DNA of 64,000 nucleotides from Pseudomonadales bacterium (lineage in GTDB: Bacteria > Pseudomonadota > Gammaproteobacteria > Pseudomonadales > GM7GCV1). The stretch's first letter is position 1, and the number at the start of each line of letters is the position of its first letter. A program made the position numbers and the translations under genes. Of the stretch, positions 27,280-40,325 are shown one piece after another. Under the pieces are notes generated by a model, which saw only the letters and a list, made by a program, of their open reading frames with translations, ran no database searches and was not told the origin of the DNA. The stretch spans positions 24,252 through 88,251 of the forward strand of contig OZ244871.1 in NCBI GenBank assembly GCA_965221105.1. Direction: 5' to 3'.

Positions 27280-29043
27280 ATGAAAACCATGAATTTTGAC
27301 GGGGTCATCGTCGGGGGTGGCGGTGCGGGGATGCGCGCAGCTTTGCAGCTTGCCCGGTCGGGCTTTAAGACCGCAGTTATTACCAAGGTTTTCCCAACCC
27401 GTTCGCATACCGTTTCCGCCCAAGGCGGCATAACGTGTGCCATAGCTTCAGCAGATCCAAATGACGACTGGCGTTGGCACATGTATGACACCGTCAAGGG
27501 TTCGGATTACATCGGCGATCAGGATGCCATTGAATATATGTGTTCCGAGGGCCCGGAGGCTATCCTTGAACTCGATCACATGGGCTTGCCCTTCTCGAGG
27601 TTTGACAATGGCCGCATATACCAGCGGCCCTTTGGCGGCCAATCCAAGAACTTTGGTGAGGGCGGACAGGCAGCACGCACCTGTGCTGCAGAAGATCGTA
27701 CGGGCCACGCGCTGCTGCATACGCTCTATCAGAGCAACATCAGGAACGAGACCACATTCTTTAATGAGTGGTTTGCCGTTGACCTGGTTAAGAATGTCAA
27801 GGACCAGATTGTCGGCGTTATTGCTATCGATATTGAATCTGGCGAGCAGCTTTTCGTTCAGTCCAAAGCGACCGTGCTGGCTACCGGCGGCGCAGGCCGT
27901 ATCTATGCGTCAACCACAAATGCTCATATCAACACCGGTGACGGTGTCGGTATGGCTCTTCGTGCTGGTATGCCGGTTCAGGATATGGAGATGTGGCAGT
28001 TTCATCCCACCGGTATCTATGGAGCGGGAGTACTGGTCACCGAAGGATGTCGGGGTGAAGGCGGCTACCTGATCAACAGGGACGGTGAGCGATTCATGGA
28101 GCGCTATGCACCCAACGCCAAAGATCTTGCATCTCGTGACGTTGTTGCGCGCTCCATGTTTACCGAGATTCGTGAGGGGCGAGGCTGTGGCGAGGGTGCT
28201 GACCATGTCATGCTCAAGCTTGACCACCTTGGTGAGGACGTTCTCAACTCAAGGCTGCCCGGAATTCAGGAACTCGCGAGGACTTTTGCCCAGGTGGATC
28301 CCACCATTGAAGCCATTCCTGTCGTTCCGACCTGTCACTATATGATGGGTGGTATTCCTACGAATATTCACGGTCAGGCAATAACCCAAGATGAATGCGG
28401 CCAGGACAAGGTCATTGACGGGCTCTATGCTTGCGGTGAAATTGCCTGTGTTTCAGTGCATGGAGCGAACAGGCTGGGAGGGAATTCATTGCTGGACCTA
28501 GTGGTATTTGGGCGCGCAGTGGGCCTCTATCTCGAAAAAGCCCTGAGCGACGGTATCCAGATGGATGAGGCAGTTCAGAGTGATATTGAAGCTGCTATGG
28601 CGCGACTCGACAGAATTGAGAACAATCCCGGCGGCGAGCCAGCCCACCGAATCCGCGCCGATATGCAAAGGATCATGCAGGAGTGCTTTGGTATTTTCCG
28701 CACGGGTGAAGATATGGAGCGTGGCAGACAGGAGCTGTTGGCGCTGCGTGAACGAGCTGACAATGTCGGTTTGAGCGACACAAGCAAAGTATTTAACACG
28801 GCTCGTATCGAGTCGCTGGAATTGCAGAATCTGTTTGAAACTGCCGAGGCCACCGCCCAGGTTGCATCAGTACGTGAGGAATCCCGCGGGGCGCACTCGC
28901 GCGAGGACTATCCCGACAGGGATGACGAGAGCTGGCTGACCCATTCAATGTATTGGAAACAGGGCAAAAGAATCGGACGGCGAGCTGTCAATATGACCCC
29001 AAAAACTATTGCAACCTTTGAGCCCATGACCCGTACGTACTGA
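27280..29043 (+). CDS. sdhA: succinate dehydrogenase flavoprotein subunit
   Basis: [31 protein letters not shown] (covalent FAD His), HPTG, CHYMMGG. Near-collinear with the E. coli SdhA sequence as I recall it. Confidence 0.95.
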   Translation: MKTMNFDGVIVGGGGAGMRAALQLARSGFKTAVITKVFPTRSHTVSAQGGITCAIASADPNDDWRWHMYDTVKGSDYIGDQDAIEYMCSEGPEAILELDHMGLPFSRFDNGRIYQRPFGGQSKNFGEGGQAARTCAAEDRTGHALLHTLYQSNIRNETTFFNEWFAVDLVKNVKDQIVGVIAIDIESGEQLFVQSKATVLATGGAGRIYASTTNAHINTGDGVGMALRAGMPVQDMEMWQFHPTGIYGAGVLVTEGCRGEGGYLINRDGERFMERYAPNAKDLASRDVVARSMFTEIREGRGCGEGADHVMLKLDHLGEDVLNSRLPGIQELARTFAQVDPTIEAIPVVPTCHYMMGGIPTNIHGQAITQDECGQDKVIDGLYACGEIACVSVHGANRLGGNSLLDLVVFGRAVGLYLEKALSDGIQMDEAVQSDIEAAMARLDRIENNPGGEPAHRIRADMQRIMQECFGIFRTGEDMERGRQELLALRERADNVGLSDTSKVFNTARIESLELQNLFETAEATAQVASVREESRGAHSREDYPDRDDESWLTHSMYWKQGKRIGRRAVNMTPKTIATFEPMTRTY

Positions 29044-29060
29044 GTGATCTGCCAGGAGGA

Positions 29061-31273
<2,213 letters not shown>

Positions 31274-31366
31274 TGCGTAATCTGGAAGCTCATTTTTTCA
31301 ACAGGTTGATCAGATCAGTTTACATAGTCTGCTGCACTAACATCCCGGTATTAAAGAGAAGACCAT

Positions 31367-32527
31367 ATGAATCTACATGAATATCAAGCCAAGCAGATAT
31401 TTGCCCAATACAGCCTTCCGGTGTCACAGGGTATCGTAGCTTCGACCGCCCAGGAAGCCGTTGCCGCGGCAGATGAAATCGGTGAGGACCGACTGGTTGT
31501 CAAGGCTCAGGTTCATGCCGGAGGTCGAGGCAAAGCCGGAGGTGTCAAGCTGGTATCCAGCAAGGAAGAAGTGGATGAATTCGCCCGCAAATGGTTTGGC
31601 AGTCGTCTGGTGACGTACCAGACCGATGCCAGGGGTCAGCCGGTCAGCCGCATTTTGGTTGAGCCATGCACGGACATTGCCGATGAGCTGTATCTCGGTG
31701 GTGTAGTGGATCGTGGCACACGCCGTATCGTCATCATGGCGTCTACTGAGGGCGGCGTAGAGATTGAAAAGGTTGCCCGTGAAATGCCCGAGAAGATTCT
31801 TCGTGCGGCGATTGATCCCCTTGTTGGCCCACAGCCCTATCAAGCGCGTGAAATGGCTTTCAAGCTGGGTCTTGCAGCTGCGCAGATCAAACAATTCACT
31901 AAAATCTTTATGGGGTTGGTGAAAATCTTTATGGAAAAGGATGTTGCACTGTGCGAGGTAAACCCTCTCGTTGTCAAGGCTGACGGTGATCTGCATTGCC
32001 TCGATGCCAAGCTCGTAATCGATAGCAACGCATTGTATCGCCAAAAGGATCTGCAGGAGATGGCTGATCCCAGTCAGGATGACGAGCGCGAGGCGCATGC
32101 GGCTCTGTGGGATCTCAATTACGTAGCACTGGACGGGAACATAGGCTGCATGGTCAATGGCGCCGGATTGGCTATGGGAACCATGGACATTGTGAATCTG
32201 TACGGCGGGACACCGGCAAACTTCCTTGATGTAGGCGGGGGGGCAAATAAGGAAAGGGTTGCTGAAGCTTTTAAAATAATTCTTTCCGACCCCAATGTGA
32301 AAGCGGTGCTGGTCAACATCTTTGGTGGCATTGTTCGGTGCGACATGATTGCACTGGGGATTATCGGTGCAGTTGAAGAGGTTGGTGTGAACGTTCCAGT
32401 CATCGTTCGACTTGAAGGCACCAACTCAGAAGAGGGCAAGCGGGTTCTTGCCAAAAGTGATCTGAATATTCAGGCAGCTGCTTCGCTGGACGAAGCCGCC
32501 GAGCGAGCTGTCAAAGCCGCACAGTAA
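31367..32527 (+). CDS. sucC: succinyl-CoA synthetase beta subunit
   Basis: [12 protein letters not shown] start and ATP-grasp domain. 386 aa. Confidence 0.95.
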   Translation: MNLHEYQAKQIFAQYSLPVSQGIVASTAQEAVAAADEIGEDRLVVKAQVHAGGRGKAGGVKLVSSKEEVDEFARKWFGSRLVTYQTDARGQPVSRILVEPCTDIADELYLGGVVDRGTRRIVIMASTEGGVEIEKVAREMPEKILRAAIDPLVGPQPYQAREMAFKLGLAAAQIKQFTKIFMGLVKIFMEKDVALCEVNPLVVKADGDLHCLDAKLVIDSNALYRQKDLQEMADPSQDDEREAHAALWDLNYVALDGNIGCMVNGAGLAMGTMDIVNLYGGTPANFLDVGGGANKERVAEAFKIILSDPNVKAVLVNIFGGIVRCDMIALGIIGAVEEVGVNVPVIVRLEGTNSEEGKRVLAKSDLNIQAAASLDEAAERAVKAAQ

Positions 32528-32548
32528 TTTACCGGAGACCGAGGATAT

Positions 32549-33421
32549 ATGAGTGTATTAATTGACAAGAATACCAGGGTAATCTGTCAGGGGTTTACTG
32601 GTTCCCAGGGCACCTTTCATTCGGAACAGGCAATTGCCTATGGAACACGAATGGTCGGTGGTGTTACGCCTGGAAAGGGCGGGCAAACCCACCTCGATCT
32701 GCCCGTTTTCAACACCGTATCTGATGCCGTTGAAGCCACTGGGGCGACCGCATCCGTGATCTATGTGCCAGCGGCTTTTTGCAAGGATTCCATTCTGGAA
32801 GCGGTTAATTCCGGTATTGAGTTGGTAGTCTGCATTACCGAGGGAATCCCCACTATGGACATGCTTGAGATTAAGGTGAAATGTGATGATCTGGGCGTAA
32901 ATTTGATCGGCCCCAACTGTCCCGGCGTGATTACGCCCGGTGAATGTAAAGTTGGTATCATGCCTGGGCACATTCATCTGCCCGGCAAAGTGGGCATTGT
33001 GTCCCGCTCCGGTACGCTGACATACGAAGCCGTCAAGCAGACGACTGATAGCGGTTTCGGGCAATCAACCTGTGTGGGTATTGGTGGAGACCCTATTCCT
33101 GGCTCCAATTTCATCGACATTCTGGAGATGTTCAGAGATGACGATCAAACTGAAGCGATTGTCATGATTGGCGAAATTGGTGGTACTGCCGAGGAAGAGG
33201 CCGCCGAATATATCGGTGCCAATATCGACAAGCCCGTTGTAGCGTACATCGCCGGTGTCACCGCACCCCCAGGAAAGCGCATGGGGCATGCTGGGGCGAT
33301 AATATCTGGTGGCAGGGGAACCGCCGAAGAAAAGTTCACCGCACTGGAAGCTGCCAGAGTAAAAACCGTGCGCAGTCTTGCAGAAATTGGCAACGGCCTC
33401 AGGGAAATCACCGGCTGGTAA
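32549..33421 (+). CDS. sucD: succinyl-CoA synthetase alpha subunit
   Basis: [23 protein letters not shown] and phosphohistidine loop MGHAGAII. Confidence 0.95.
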   Translation: MSVLIDKNTRVICQGFTGSQGTFHSEQAIAYGTRMVGGVTPGKGGQTHLDLPVFNTVSDAVEATGATASVIYVPAAFCKDSILEAVNSGIELVVCITEGIPTMDMLEIKVKCDDLGVNLIGPNCPGVITPGECKVGIMPGHIHLPGKVGIVSRSGTLTYEAVKQTTDSGFGQSTCVGIGGDPIPGSNFIDILEMFRDDDQTEAIVMIGEIGGTAEEEAAEYIGANIDKPVVAYIAGVTAPPGKRMGHAGAIISGGRGTAEEKFTALEAARVKTVRSLAEIGNGLREITGW

Positions 33422-33699
33422 GTGGTGTACCTGACTCAGGTTGGCAACACAACAGCTGGTCGGGGTGTATTCCGTTCTTGCAGTTTCTCCAGGCCAAAGC
33501 TGTTGAGAAAGGCCATTGCCGTTCGCTTGCCTGTGCCTGGACATCATATTCCCCATCGCGCTTGTCGGCATAGCGTCTTCGATCTGAATCCCAAAAAGAG
33601 CGCAGATTGCCGAACTATCGTTTAGACATGTCCTAGTCTAATGGTATGACCCGCCCCTTCTTAGAGGTCTCCAACTTATGCGGCTCCGATCAACACTGA

Positions 33700-33900
33700 A
33701 GCATCACGTGCCACTGCCAGCATGTCACCGGGAGCAGTGTCCCCCAGGCTCCGGAATCCGCTCCAGTGGACGCTCCCTGGGCAGTGTGACTGCCGGGAGT
33801 CCTGAGGACAGGCAGTGAACAGAGAGGCCATGGTTCACCCTGTCAGATACGGCTTCAGCGAGCCACACTCATCACTCTTTCATTCACACTGAGGCATGAA
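33700..33900 (+). ncRNA. structured 5' non-coding end of the decayed IS110 element (candidate bridge/guide RNA region)
   Basis: Four consecutive 6-bp stems read by eye: CACTGC/GCAGTG 33712-33739, CCCAGG/CCTGGG 33743-33781, ACTGCC/GGCAGT 33789-33816 and GTGAAC/GTTCAC 33815-33838. They lie immediately upstream of the IS110-type ORF. Stems 3 and 4 share positions 33815-33816, so they cannot both form in full. Confidence 0.25.
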
Positions 33901-33902
33901 CC

Positions 33903-34445
33903 ATGACCACAGCGAAGCAGAACACGAAGATCACCACGACTGCTCCCGCCTTCATTGGCATCGACTTGGCGAAGAACTCGGTCCACATCCACGGGGTCGA
34001 CAGATCGGGCCACACCCGCAGTGATCAGAAGCTGAAGATGTTTCTGGCCACCCTGAAGCCCTGCGTGGTGCACATGGAGGAGCGGGTGACCAGGTGCGAC
34101 CAGACGAGCGGGCGCAGCTGCTGATGACGATCCCCGGCGTGGGGCCGATGACGGCCACGGCGCTGCTGTCGACCATGGGCGATCCGGGTGTGTTCCGCAA
34201 CGGCCGGGAATGCGCGGCCTGGATCGGCCTGATCCCGAGACAGCACTCAACCGGCGGAAAGGAGCGGCTGCTGGGGATCGACAGGGGTGACCGGTGCCGG
34301 CGCAGCCGGTGGCTGCAGGGGCTGCTGGAGCGGCGTCATCGGAACGTGGCGACGGTGGCCCTGGCTTCCGGTGTGCACGCACCGCCCGGGCGGTCCTCAG
34401 ATCGGGCACCCCGTATGAAGGGAATCATGTGCCTGCCCTGGGGTA
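33903..34445 (+). pseudogene. IS110-family transposase, internally deleted and frameshifted
   Basis: N-terminal FIGIDLAKNSVHIHGVD (DEDD-type) is joined after about 60 aa to the C-terminal module LMTIPGVGPMTATALLSTMGDPGVFRNGRECAAWIGLIPRQHSTGGK in another frame. The tail ARTARAVLRSGTPYEG lies in a third frame. Confidence 0.75.
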
Positions 34446-34814
34446 GGCACATGGGGGATCGGGAACCGGGTTCCCGACCCAGGATGACACTCAGACACCA
34501 CAGATGAATTGAACCCACCAGGGGTGCGTGAGAGTACTGAATCGTGATGGCAGACACGGCACACCGCCGGAGTGAGAACCTGAGCAGTGCACAGACCCGA
34601 TGGGGACACCTGAGGGTGTTCACTGTCGAGGTCGATAGTCTGATCAGGACACACCGGTGCGACTCTCCATCAGGGCCAGGGGCGCAGAGAGCCCCATTGA
34701 CAGGTCGGATATATGGCAGCAGCCCGTCTCTTCCAGATCGAAAAGTGCTCGTGCACACCGGGCGGGGCCTTTCAACGACTCACACAGGATTTGGAACTGG
34801 ACAGATGAGTCTGT

Positions 34815-35245
34815 ACCGGAGCGATTCAGGTCGTGGGTATCGATCATGCCAGGGCGCATGTTGGAGATGCAGCTCGGGCGATCTTTGATCATACCGACCT
34901 CGGCGCGGTCTGGGGTCACCGTTGGCGAGACGAGCCAGACCGGTCAGGCGAGGCTGACCGGCTGATCGAGGAACTGCAACGTCATGGTCAGAGCGCGCTC
35001 ACCGAAGCGAACTATGTTAAGAACAGCCGGAAACCTATGTGCTCCTCAGAGTTCAGGGCACAGGGGATGTGTGTGTCATCTGGAGTCGTTGCAGGCGCAT
35101 GCACATTGGTCGTAGGCACCCGTCTCACATGGGGTGGCATGCATTGGCCTGTCGATGATGCGACTGCCATCATCGCCTTGCGGTGTTCTCTGGAAAGCAG
35201 CCGCTGTGACGACTTCTGGAAGCGACAGGTCGGGGCAATCTCACA
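34815..35245 (+). pseudogene. C-terminal fragment of an ISKra4-like transposase
   Basis: EANYVKNSRKPMCSSEFRAQGMCVSSGVVAGACTLVVGTRLTWGGMHWPVDDATAIIALRCSLESSRCDDFW matches, from memory, the conserved C-terminus of ISKra4-type transposases. No N-terminal or catalytic part is present. Confidence 0.5.
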
Positions 35246-35338
35246 AAAATCACGCAACACCCGGCTGCGGGTCTTGAAATACTCAGCGATAGACCTATTT
35301 AAATGGCGTCAAGCCAATATCCTGGAAACAAGAATCCC

Positions 35339-37234
35339 ATGACTGCAACTGCCACTGAAACCCATGTGTTCCAAGCCGAAGCAAAACAGCTTCTGCATTT
35401 AATGACGCACTCGCTGTATAGCAACCGGGAGATTTTTATTCGCGAGCTGATCTCCAATGCCTCTGATGCCTGCGACAAGTTGCGTTTTGAGGCACTGAAC
35501 AATGATGAGCTCTACGAGGGACAGACAGAGCTTAAGGTTCGAATAAAACTTGATGCTGAAGCGAAGACCATCGCGATTATGGACAACGGTGTAGGCATGT
35601 CCAAACAGGAGATTATGGACAACATAGGCACTATTGCCAGTTCTGGAACTGCAAAATTTCTGGAGAATCTGACTGGCAATCAGAAAAAGGATTCAGCGCT
35701 CATTGGTCAGTTTGGTGTGGGCTTTTACTCATCGTTTATTGTCGCTGACAAAGTTGAAATTTTTACCCGCCGGGCGGGACTAAAACCATCGGACGCTGTC
35801 TACTGGTGCTGTTCGGGAGAAGCTGAATACGAGCTGGGAGATGCGGACATCGTTGAGCGCGGAACCCGTGTTGTGTTGCATCTTAAGCCCGATGCAGATG
35901 AGTTTTCGAACGACTGGAAGATCCGCTCAACAGTCAAAAAATATTCGGACCACATTGCCATCCCGGTCGAAATGGAAAAGCCGTTCTACGGAGAGGATGA
36001 CGACAGGCCTGAAGCACCCGAATTTGAGGCAGTGAACAGCGTTAAAGCTATGTGGACACGTTCCAGATCGGAACTCAAAGATGATGACTACAAGGAATTC
36101 TACCGCCATATTTCACACGATTTTGAAGAGCCGCTGAGATGGTCTCACAACCGAGTCGAGGGCAAACTCGACTACACAAGCCTTCTGTATTTGCCTCGCA
36201 GGCCCCTTTTCGACCTTTGGCAGAGGGAGGCGGCGAAGGGGCTGAAACTTTACGTGCGAAGAACCTTTATTCTCGACGATGCGGAACAGTTTTTGCCGCT
36301 CTATCTGCGCTTTGTCAAGGGTATTGTGGATTCCAATGACCTGCCGCTCAATGTATCCCGGGAGTTGCTGCAAGAATCCAAAGAAGTTGATTCTATCAAG
36401 ACTGCCCTGACAAAACGCGTGTTGGACATGCTTGACAAAATGATCAAGAGGAACCCTGAGGACTACCAGGTATTCTGGAATGCTTTTGGTCAGGTCATGA
36501 AAGAAGGTCCAATGGAAGATCCGGTAAATCAGGAAAAGCTGGCGGGTATGCTGAGATTTGCCAGCACCCACACCGACAAGCCAGACCAGGATCAGTCTTT
36601 GGATCAATACATTGAGCGGATGAAAGAGGGCCAGGACAGGATCTACTATCTGGTGGCTGATTCCATGAACGTTGCCAACAAAAGCCCACTGCTGGAGACT
36701 TTCCGGGTCAATAGTTGCGAGGTGCTGCTGCTGACTGATCGCATAGATGAATGGCTGATGGGTAATCTGCGTGAGTACAAGGGCTTAGCATTCTATGATG
36801 TTGCGCGCGGGGATCTTGCCGATCTGGATGAAAAACCGGATGCGGACACAAATGATGATGCGAGTGAAGACAGGGAAGAGAACCCGCTGATCGAAAAGAT
36901 TGCTGGTTATTTGGGCCAGCGTGTCGCAGAAGTGCGTGTCTCGCACCGACTGGTCGAGTCTCCCGCATGTCTGGTTGTCGGTGACCAGGATATGGGAATG
37001 CAGATGCGGCGCATTATGGAGGCAGCTGGTCAGGAAGTGCCGGACAGCAAACCCATTCTGGAGTTGAATACTGCACATCCCTTGCTAAAAAGGGTTGAGT
37101 CAGAGGATAGCGACCAGGTCTTTGAGGATCTTGTTGAAATATTGTTCGATCAGTCAAGTCTGGCGGTTGGGGAGCAGCTTCAAGACCCGGTGGGATACGT
37201 TCAACGCATCAACAAACTGCTCTTTGACGTCTAA
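35339..37234 (+). CDS. htpG: molecular chaperone HtpG (Hsp90)
   Basis: FQAEAKQLLHLMTHSLYSNREIFIRELISNASDACDKLRF. About 630 aa. ATG 35339 chosen. Confidence 0.95.
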   Translation: MTATATETHVFQAEAKQLLHLMTHSLYSNREIFIRELISNASDACDKLRFEALNNDELYEGQTELKVRIKLDAEAKTIAIMDNGVGMSKQEIMDNIGTIASSGTAKFLENLTGNQKKDSALIGQFGVGFYSSFIVADKVEIFTRRAGLKPSDAVYWCCSGEAEYELGDADIVERGTRVVLHLKPDADEFSNDWKIRSTVKKYSDHIAIPVEMEKPFYGEDDDRPEAPEFEAVNSVKAMWTRSRSELKDDDYKEFYRHISHDFEEPLRWSHNRVEGKLDYTSLLYLPRRPLFDLWQREAAKGLKLYVRRTFILDDAEQFLPLYLRFVKGIVDSNDLPLNVSRELLQESKEVDSIKTALTKRVLDMLDKMIKRNPEDYQVFWNAFGQVMKEGPMEDPVNQEKLAGMLRFASTHTDKPDQDQSLDQYIERMKEGQDRIYYLVADSMNVANKSPLLETFRVNSCEVLLLTDRIDEWLMGNLREYKGLAFYDVARGDLADLDEKPDADTNDDASEDREENPLIEKIAGYLGQRVAEVRVSHRLVESPACLVVGDQDMGMQMRRIMEAAGQEVPDSKPILELNTAHPLLKRVESEDSDQVFEDLVEILFDQSSLAVGEQLQDPVGYVQRINKLLFDV

Positions 37235-37314
37235 TTGGGGTAAGCGCTTAAGGGGCGACAGGCCAGTTTGGCTGCGTATAATGCGCAATCTGAAATGGTT
37301 TGAGAGGGTTGTGC

Positions 37315-37596
37315 ATGAGCATTAAAGAATCATTGTTGAGTACGGATACCTGGCTTCGGGGGGGCTTCATACTCCTTTTCTGGATACTTTTGACACTGGT
37401 CGGCTGGGTGCTGGGTGCCGTTATCGTAGTTCAATTTGTAATTGTCCTATGCAGTGGACAGGCGAATCGGCAGTTGCTGGACTTTGCCGAAAACCTGGGA
37501 ACCTATCTCAAGCAAATCGTGTGGTTCACCTGCTTTATCAATAAGGAGAAACCATTCCCGTTTTCTGATTTCCCAAGCGGGCATCACACCGGCTGA
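37315..37596 (+). CDS. small membrane protein, DUF4389-like
   Basis: 93 aa with two hydrophobic helices (GGFILLFWILLTLVGWVLGAVIVVQFVIVL). The family assignment is from memory only. Confidence 0.45.
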   Translation: MSIKESLLSTDTWLRGGFILLFWILLTLVGWVLGAVIVVQFVIVLCSGQANRQLLDFAENLGTYLKQIVWFTCFINKEKPFPFSDFPSGHHTG

Positions 37597-37644
37597 ATCA
37601 ACGCATTCTTCCGGTATGCGTACCCAGATTGAAGAGAAACTTGA

Positions 37645-37680
37645 ATGAAGCTTTTTGTGCTTCGGCATGGCAAGGCCCAC
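37645..37680 (+). pseudogene. 12-codon stub MKLFVLRHGKAH (histidine-phosphatase / SixA-like start) cut by IS630
   Basis: ATG 37645, and the frame runs straight into the IS630 left inverted repeat at 37682. The RHG motif is typical of the histidine phosphatase superfamily. No matching continuation was found after the IS. Confidence 0.3.
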
Positions 37681-37681
37681 T

Positions 37682-38882
37682 AGTGTAGTGTCTTATAAAT
37701 AGATTCAATTAATCGTCATTTTATGTCACGCTGGCCATTGTGTACCTCATGCACCTGAGAGAGATGTGAGCACTATGGCCCGACCTATTTCGGTTTTGGA
37801 GCTGACAGCGGATGATAAAGCAGAACTTAAGCGCCGTGTTGCTGCTTCAACAACCCCGGCGCGTGATGTGGTGCGGGCACGTATCGTTCTGTTGCGCAGC
37901 ACGGGGATGCGGCAGCAGGATGTGGCACAGGCGGTTGGTGTTTCGAACGGTCAGTCAACAAGTGGTCGCACCGCTTCGATGTGTTGGGTCTGCAGGGGCT
38001 GAAGGACAAGCCAGGGCGAGGCGTCAAACCGTCCATTTCGCAGGCGGCGGTGAAGGAGGTCATCGACAAGGCGGGTACGGATGCGTCGGCCATGCAGGTG
38101 CGCAGTACGCGCACCACAGCAGCCGAGATGGGAATCTCGGCGTCGAGCGTCTCCCGCCTCTGGCGTCGGCATGATCTCAAGCCACATCGCATGCGCACTC
38201 TGAAACTGTCGAACGATCCTCAGTTTCAAGAAAAGTTCTGGGACATCGTGGGGCTGTATCTGGACCCACCGGACAAGTCTCTGGTGTTGTGTTGCGACGA
38301 GACGACACAGATTCAGGCACTGGAGCGCACTCAGCCGGAGCTCCCACTTGGCATCGGCCATATCCGCACCCACACGCACGACTCCATTCGGCATGGGACA
38401 TTGACGCTGTGTGCGGCGATGAACTATCTCGATGGCACACTGATCAATCGTCTTGAAGCCACCCATACCCATGTTGAGTGGCTGCGCTTTCTCAAGCAGA
38501 TCGACTGGGAGACGCCGAAGGATCTGACGCTCCACCTCATTGCCGATAACTACGCCACACAGAAGCACGCACAGGTTCAGGCCTGGCTCAATACACACCC
38601 GCGATTCGTGATGCACTTCACTCCGACATCAGGCTCGTGGCTGAACCTGGTGGAGCGTTTCTTCGCCAAGATGACCACCGTGCTAGGCGCCAGCAGCTTC
38701 TCCAGCCTGGACGAGTTGCGGCACGAGATCATCAGGCATCTGGCCGAGTACAATGAACATCCAAAACCGTTCAAATGGACAGCACGGGGTGAAGATATAC
38801 TGGAGAAGATTGGCCGGGCCAAGGCGAAGCTGGAAAAAGTGGAAAAGGACGTTAAATGAACCTATTCATGAGACACTACACT
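37682..38882 (+). mobile_element. IS630-family insertion sequence
   Basis: Imperfect terminal inverted repeats of about 32 bp. The left is AGTGTAGTGTCTTATAAATAGATTCAATTAAT. The reverse complement of the right is AGTGTAGTGTCTCATGAATAGGTTCATTTAAC. The first 12 nt are identical. The repeats enclose the transposase frames. Confidence 0.85.
37775..38859 (+). pseudogene. IS630-family DDE transposase in two frames (shift near 37946-37951)
   Basis: Frame A reads MARPISVLELTADDKAELKRRV...AQAVGVS. The -1 frame continues SVNKWSHRFDVLGLQGLKDKPGRG..., with CCDETTQIQALE, LIADNYATQKH and WLNLVERFF (DD..E). No slippery heptamer is present at the junction. Confidence 0.8.
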
Positions 38883-39146
38883 GGCTACACCCCAATTCCA
38901 GAACGCACTGGAGTCCGCAGCAGACTATTTGAGGTGAGGGTCTTGGTTTGGACATTGCCTTCATGTGCTGATCCGCGATGAACTTGCTCAGCTTGGTCCG
39001 ACGAGGTAGGGAGAAACCCAGACTCAGACTTTCAGTGCGCGTATCAGGTGCAATCCGTATAATGAGTGAGAATGTGTTCAATGACCCTATACGGCGTTGA
39101 CTTAAGGTCAGAGTGAGTCCAGCGGGTCTACCCGGAAGAGATTTCC

Positions 39147-40244
39147 ATGTCTGGTAATTCCATTGGCCAGTTGTTCTCGCTTACTACCTTTGGCGAAAGC
39201 CACGGGCCTGCTCTTGGTGCGGTGGTGGACGGCTGTCCACCGGATATAGATTTGTCCGAAGAGGATTTACAGCCCGATCTGAACAGACGCAAACCGGGAC
39301 AATCGAAATACACCACACAGCGACGTGAGTCCGATCAGGTCAAAATCCTCAGCGGTGTGTTTGAAGGCAAAACAACCGGCACATCCATTGGTCTACTCAT
39401 CGAAAATGTCGATCAGCGTTCCAAAGATTACAGCCACATCAAGGATTTGTTCCGCCCTTCGCACGCTGACTACAGTTATCGACAAAAGTATGGTATCCGT
39501 GACTATCGTGGCGGTGGGCGGTCCTCTGCCCGGGAAACCGCAATGCGGGTTGCTGCCGGTGCCATAGCCAAACGGGTACTCAGACAACTCTGCTGTGTGG
39601 AAGTCAGGGGTTACATGAGTCAGATGGGCGATCTTAAAGTAGCCAGCAAAGACCTCTCCATAGTCAATAATAATCCATTTTTCTGCCCGGATGCGGCACT
39701 TGTGCCAGAGCTTGAGGCACGGATTGACCGGCTGCGCAGTGACGGCGATTCATGCGGGGCTCTTGTCGAAGTTATAGCGACCGGGGTACCTCCAGGTTGG
39801 GGTGAACCCGTATTTGATCGCCTGGATGCCGATATTGCCAAAGCCCTGATGAGTATCAATGCAGTCAAGGGCGTGGAAATGGGAGCGGGTTTTCAATCTG
39901 TGAGCCAGCAGGGAAGTGAGCACCGCGATGAAATCTCTCCAGAAGGTTTTCTGTCGAACAATTCGGGAGGGATCCTGGGTGGTATTTCCAGCGGCCAGGA
40001 CATTCTGGCCAGGATCGCACTCAAACCTACCTCCAGTATTACCCTGCCGGGGCAGACCGTCGATATAAATGGCCGACCAACGGAGGTTGTGACCAAGGGG
40101 CGCCACGATCCCTGTGTGGGCATTCGCGCCGTTCCCATAGCCGAAGCCATGATGGCCATAACCTTGCTTGATCATTTTCTGCGGCATCGAGGCCAAACTG
40201 GTCCTACCCGAACAAATACGCCTGTTATCCCTGCTCGAAAATAG
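39147..40244 (+). CDS. aroC: chorismate synthase
   Basis: [24 protein letters not shown] start, [24 protein letters not shown]. Confidence 0.95.
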   Translation: MSGNSIGQLFSLTTFGESHGPALGAVVDGCPPDIDLSEEDLQPDLNRRKPGQSKYTTQRRESDQVKILSGVFEGKTTGTSIGLLIENVDQRSKDYSHIKDLFRPSHADYSYRQKYGIRDYRGGGRSSARETAMRVAAGAIAKRVLRQLCCVEVRGYMSQMGDLKVASKDLSIVNNNPFFCPDAALVPELEARIDRLRSDGDSCGALVEVIATGVPPGWGEPVFDRLDADIAKALMSINAVKGVEMGAGFQSVSQQGSEHRDEISPEGFLSNNSGGILGGISSGQDILARIALKPTSSITLPGQTVDINGRPTEVVTKGRHDPCVGIRAVPIAEAMMAITLLDHFLRHRGQTGPTRTNTPVIPARK

Positions 40245-40325
40245 GCATTTCAACCGTCCTCGACCGGTGCCAGTGATTGTGTAATTTTTCCGGTTGACCT
40301 TTACTGCCTGGACCGCTCCAAAGTA

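Noticed and set aside
33855-34409. A 184-aa minus-strand ORF (Pro/Arg/Ala-rich) across the IS110 remnant.
   Set aside because: It is a GC-composition artefact lying antisense to recognisable IS110 protein segments.
37946-37951. A programmed -1 ribosomal frameshift in the IS630 transposase.
   Set aside because: There is no X-XXY-YYZ slippery heptamer or obvious downstream structure at the junction. A 1-nt deletion explains it. This remains open only if all genomic copies share the break.
38883-39146. A continuation of the SixA-like gene or another gene between IS630 and aroC (ORF 38866..39081, minus strand).
   Set aside because: All frames are interrupted within 20-35 codons and show no convincing phosphatase motifs. 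It is probably deleted or decayed remnant sequence.
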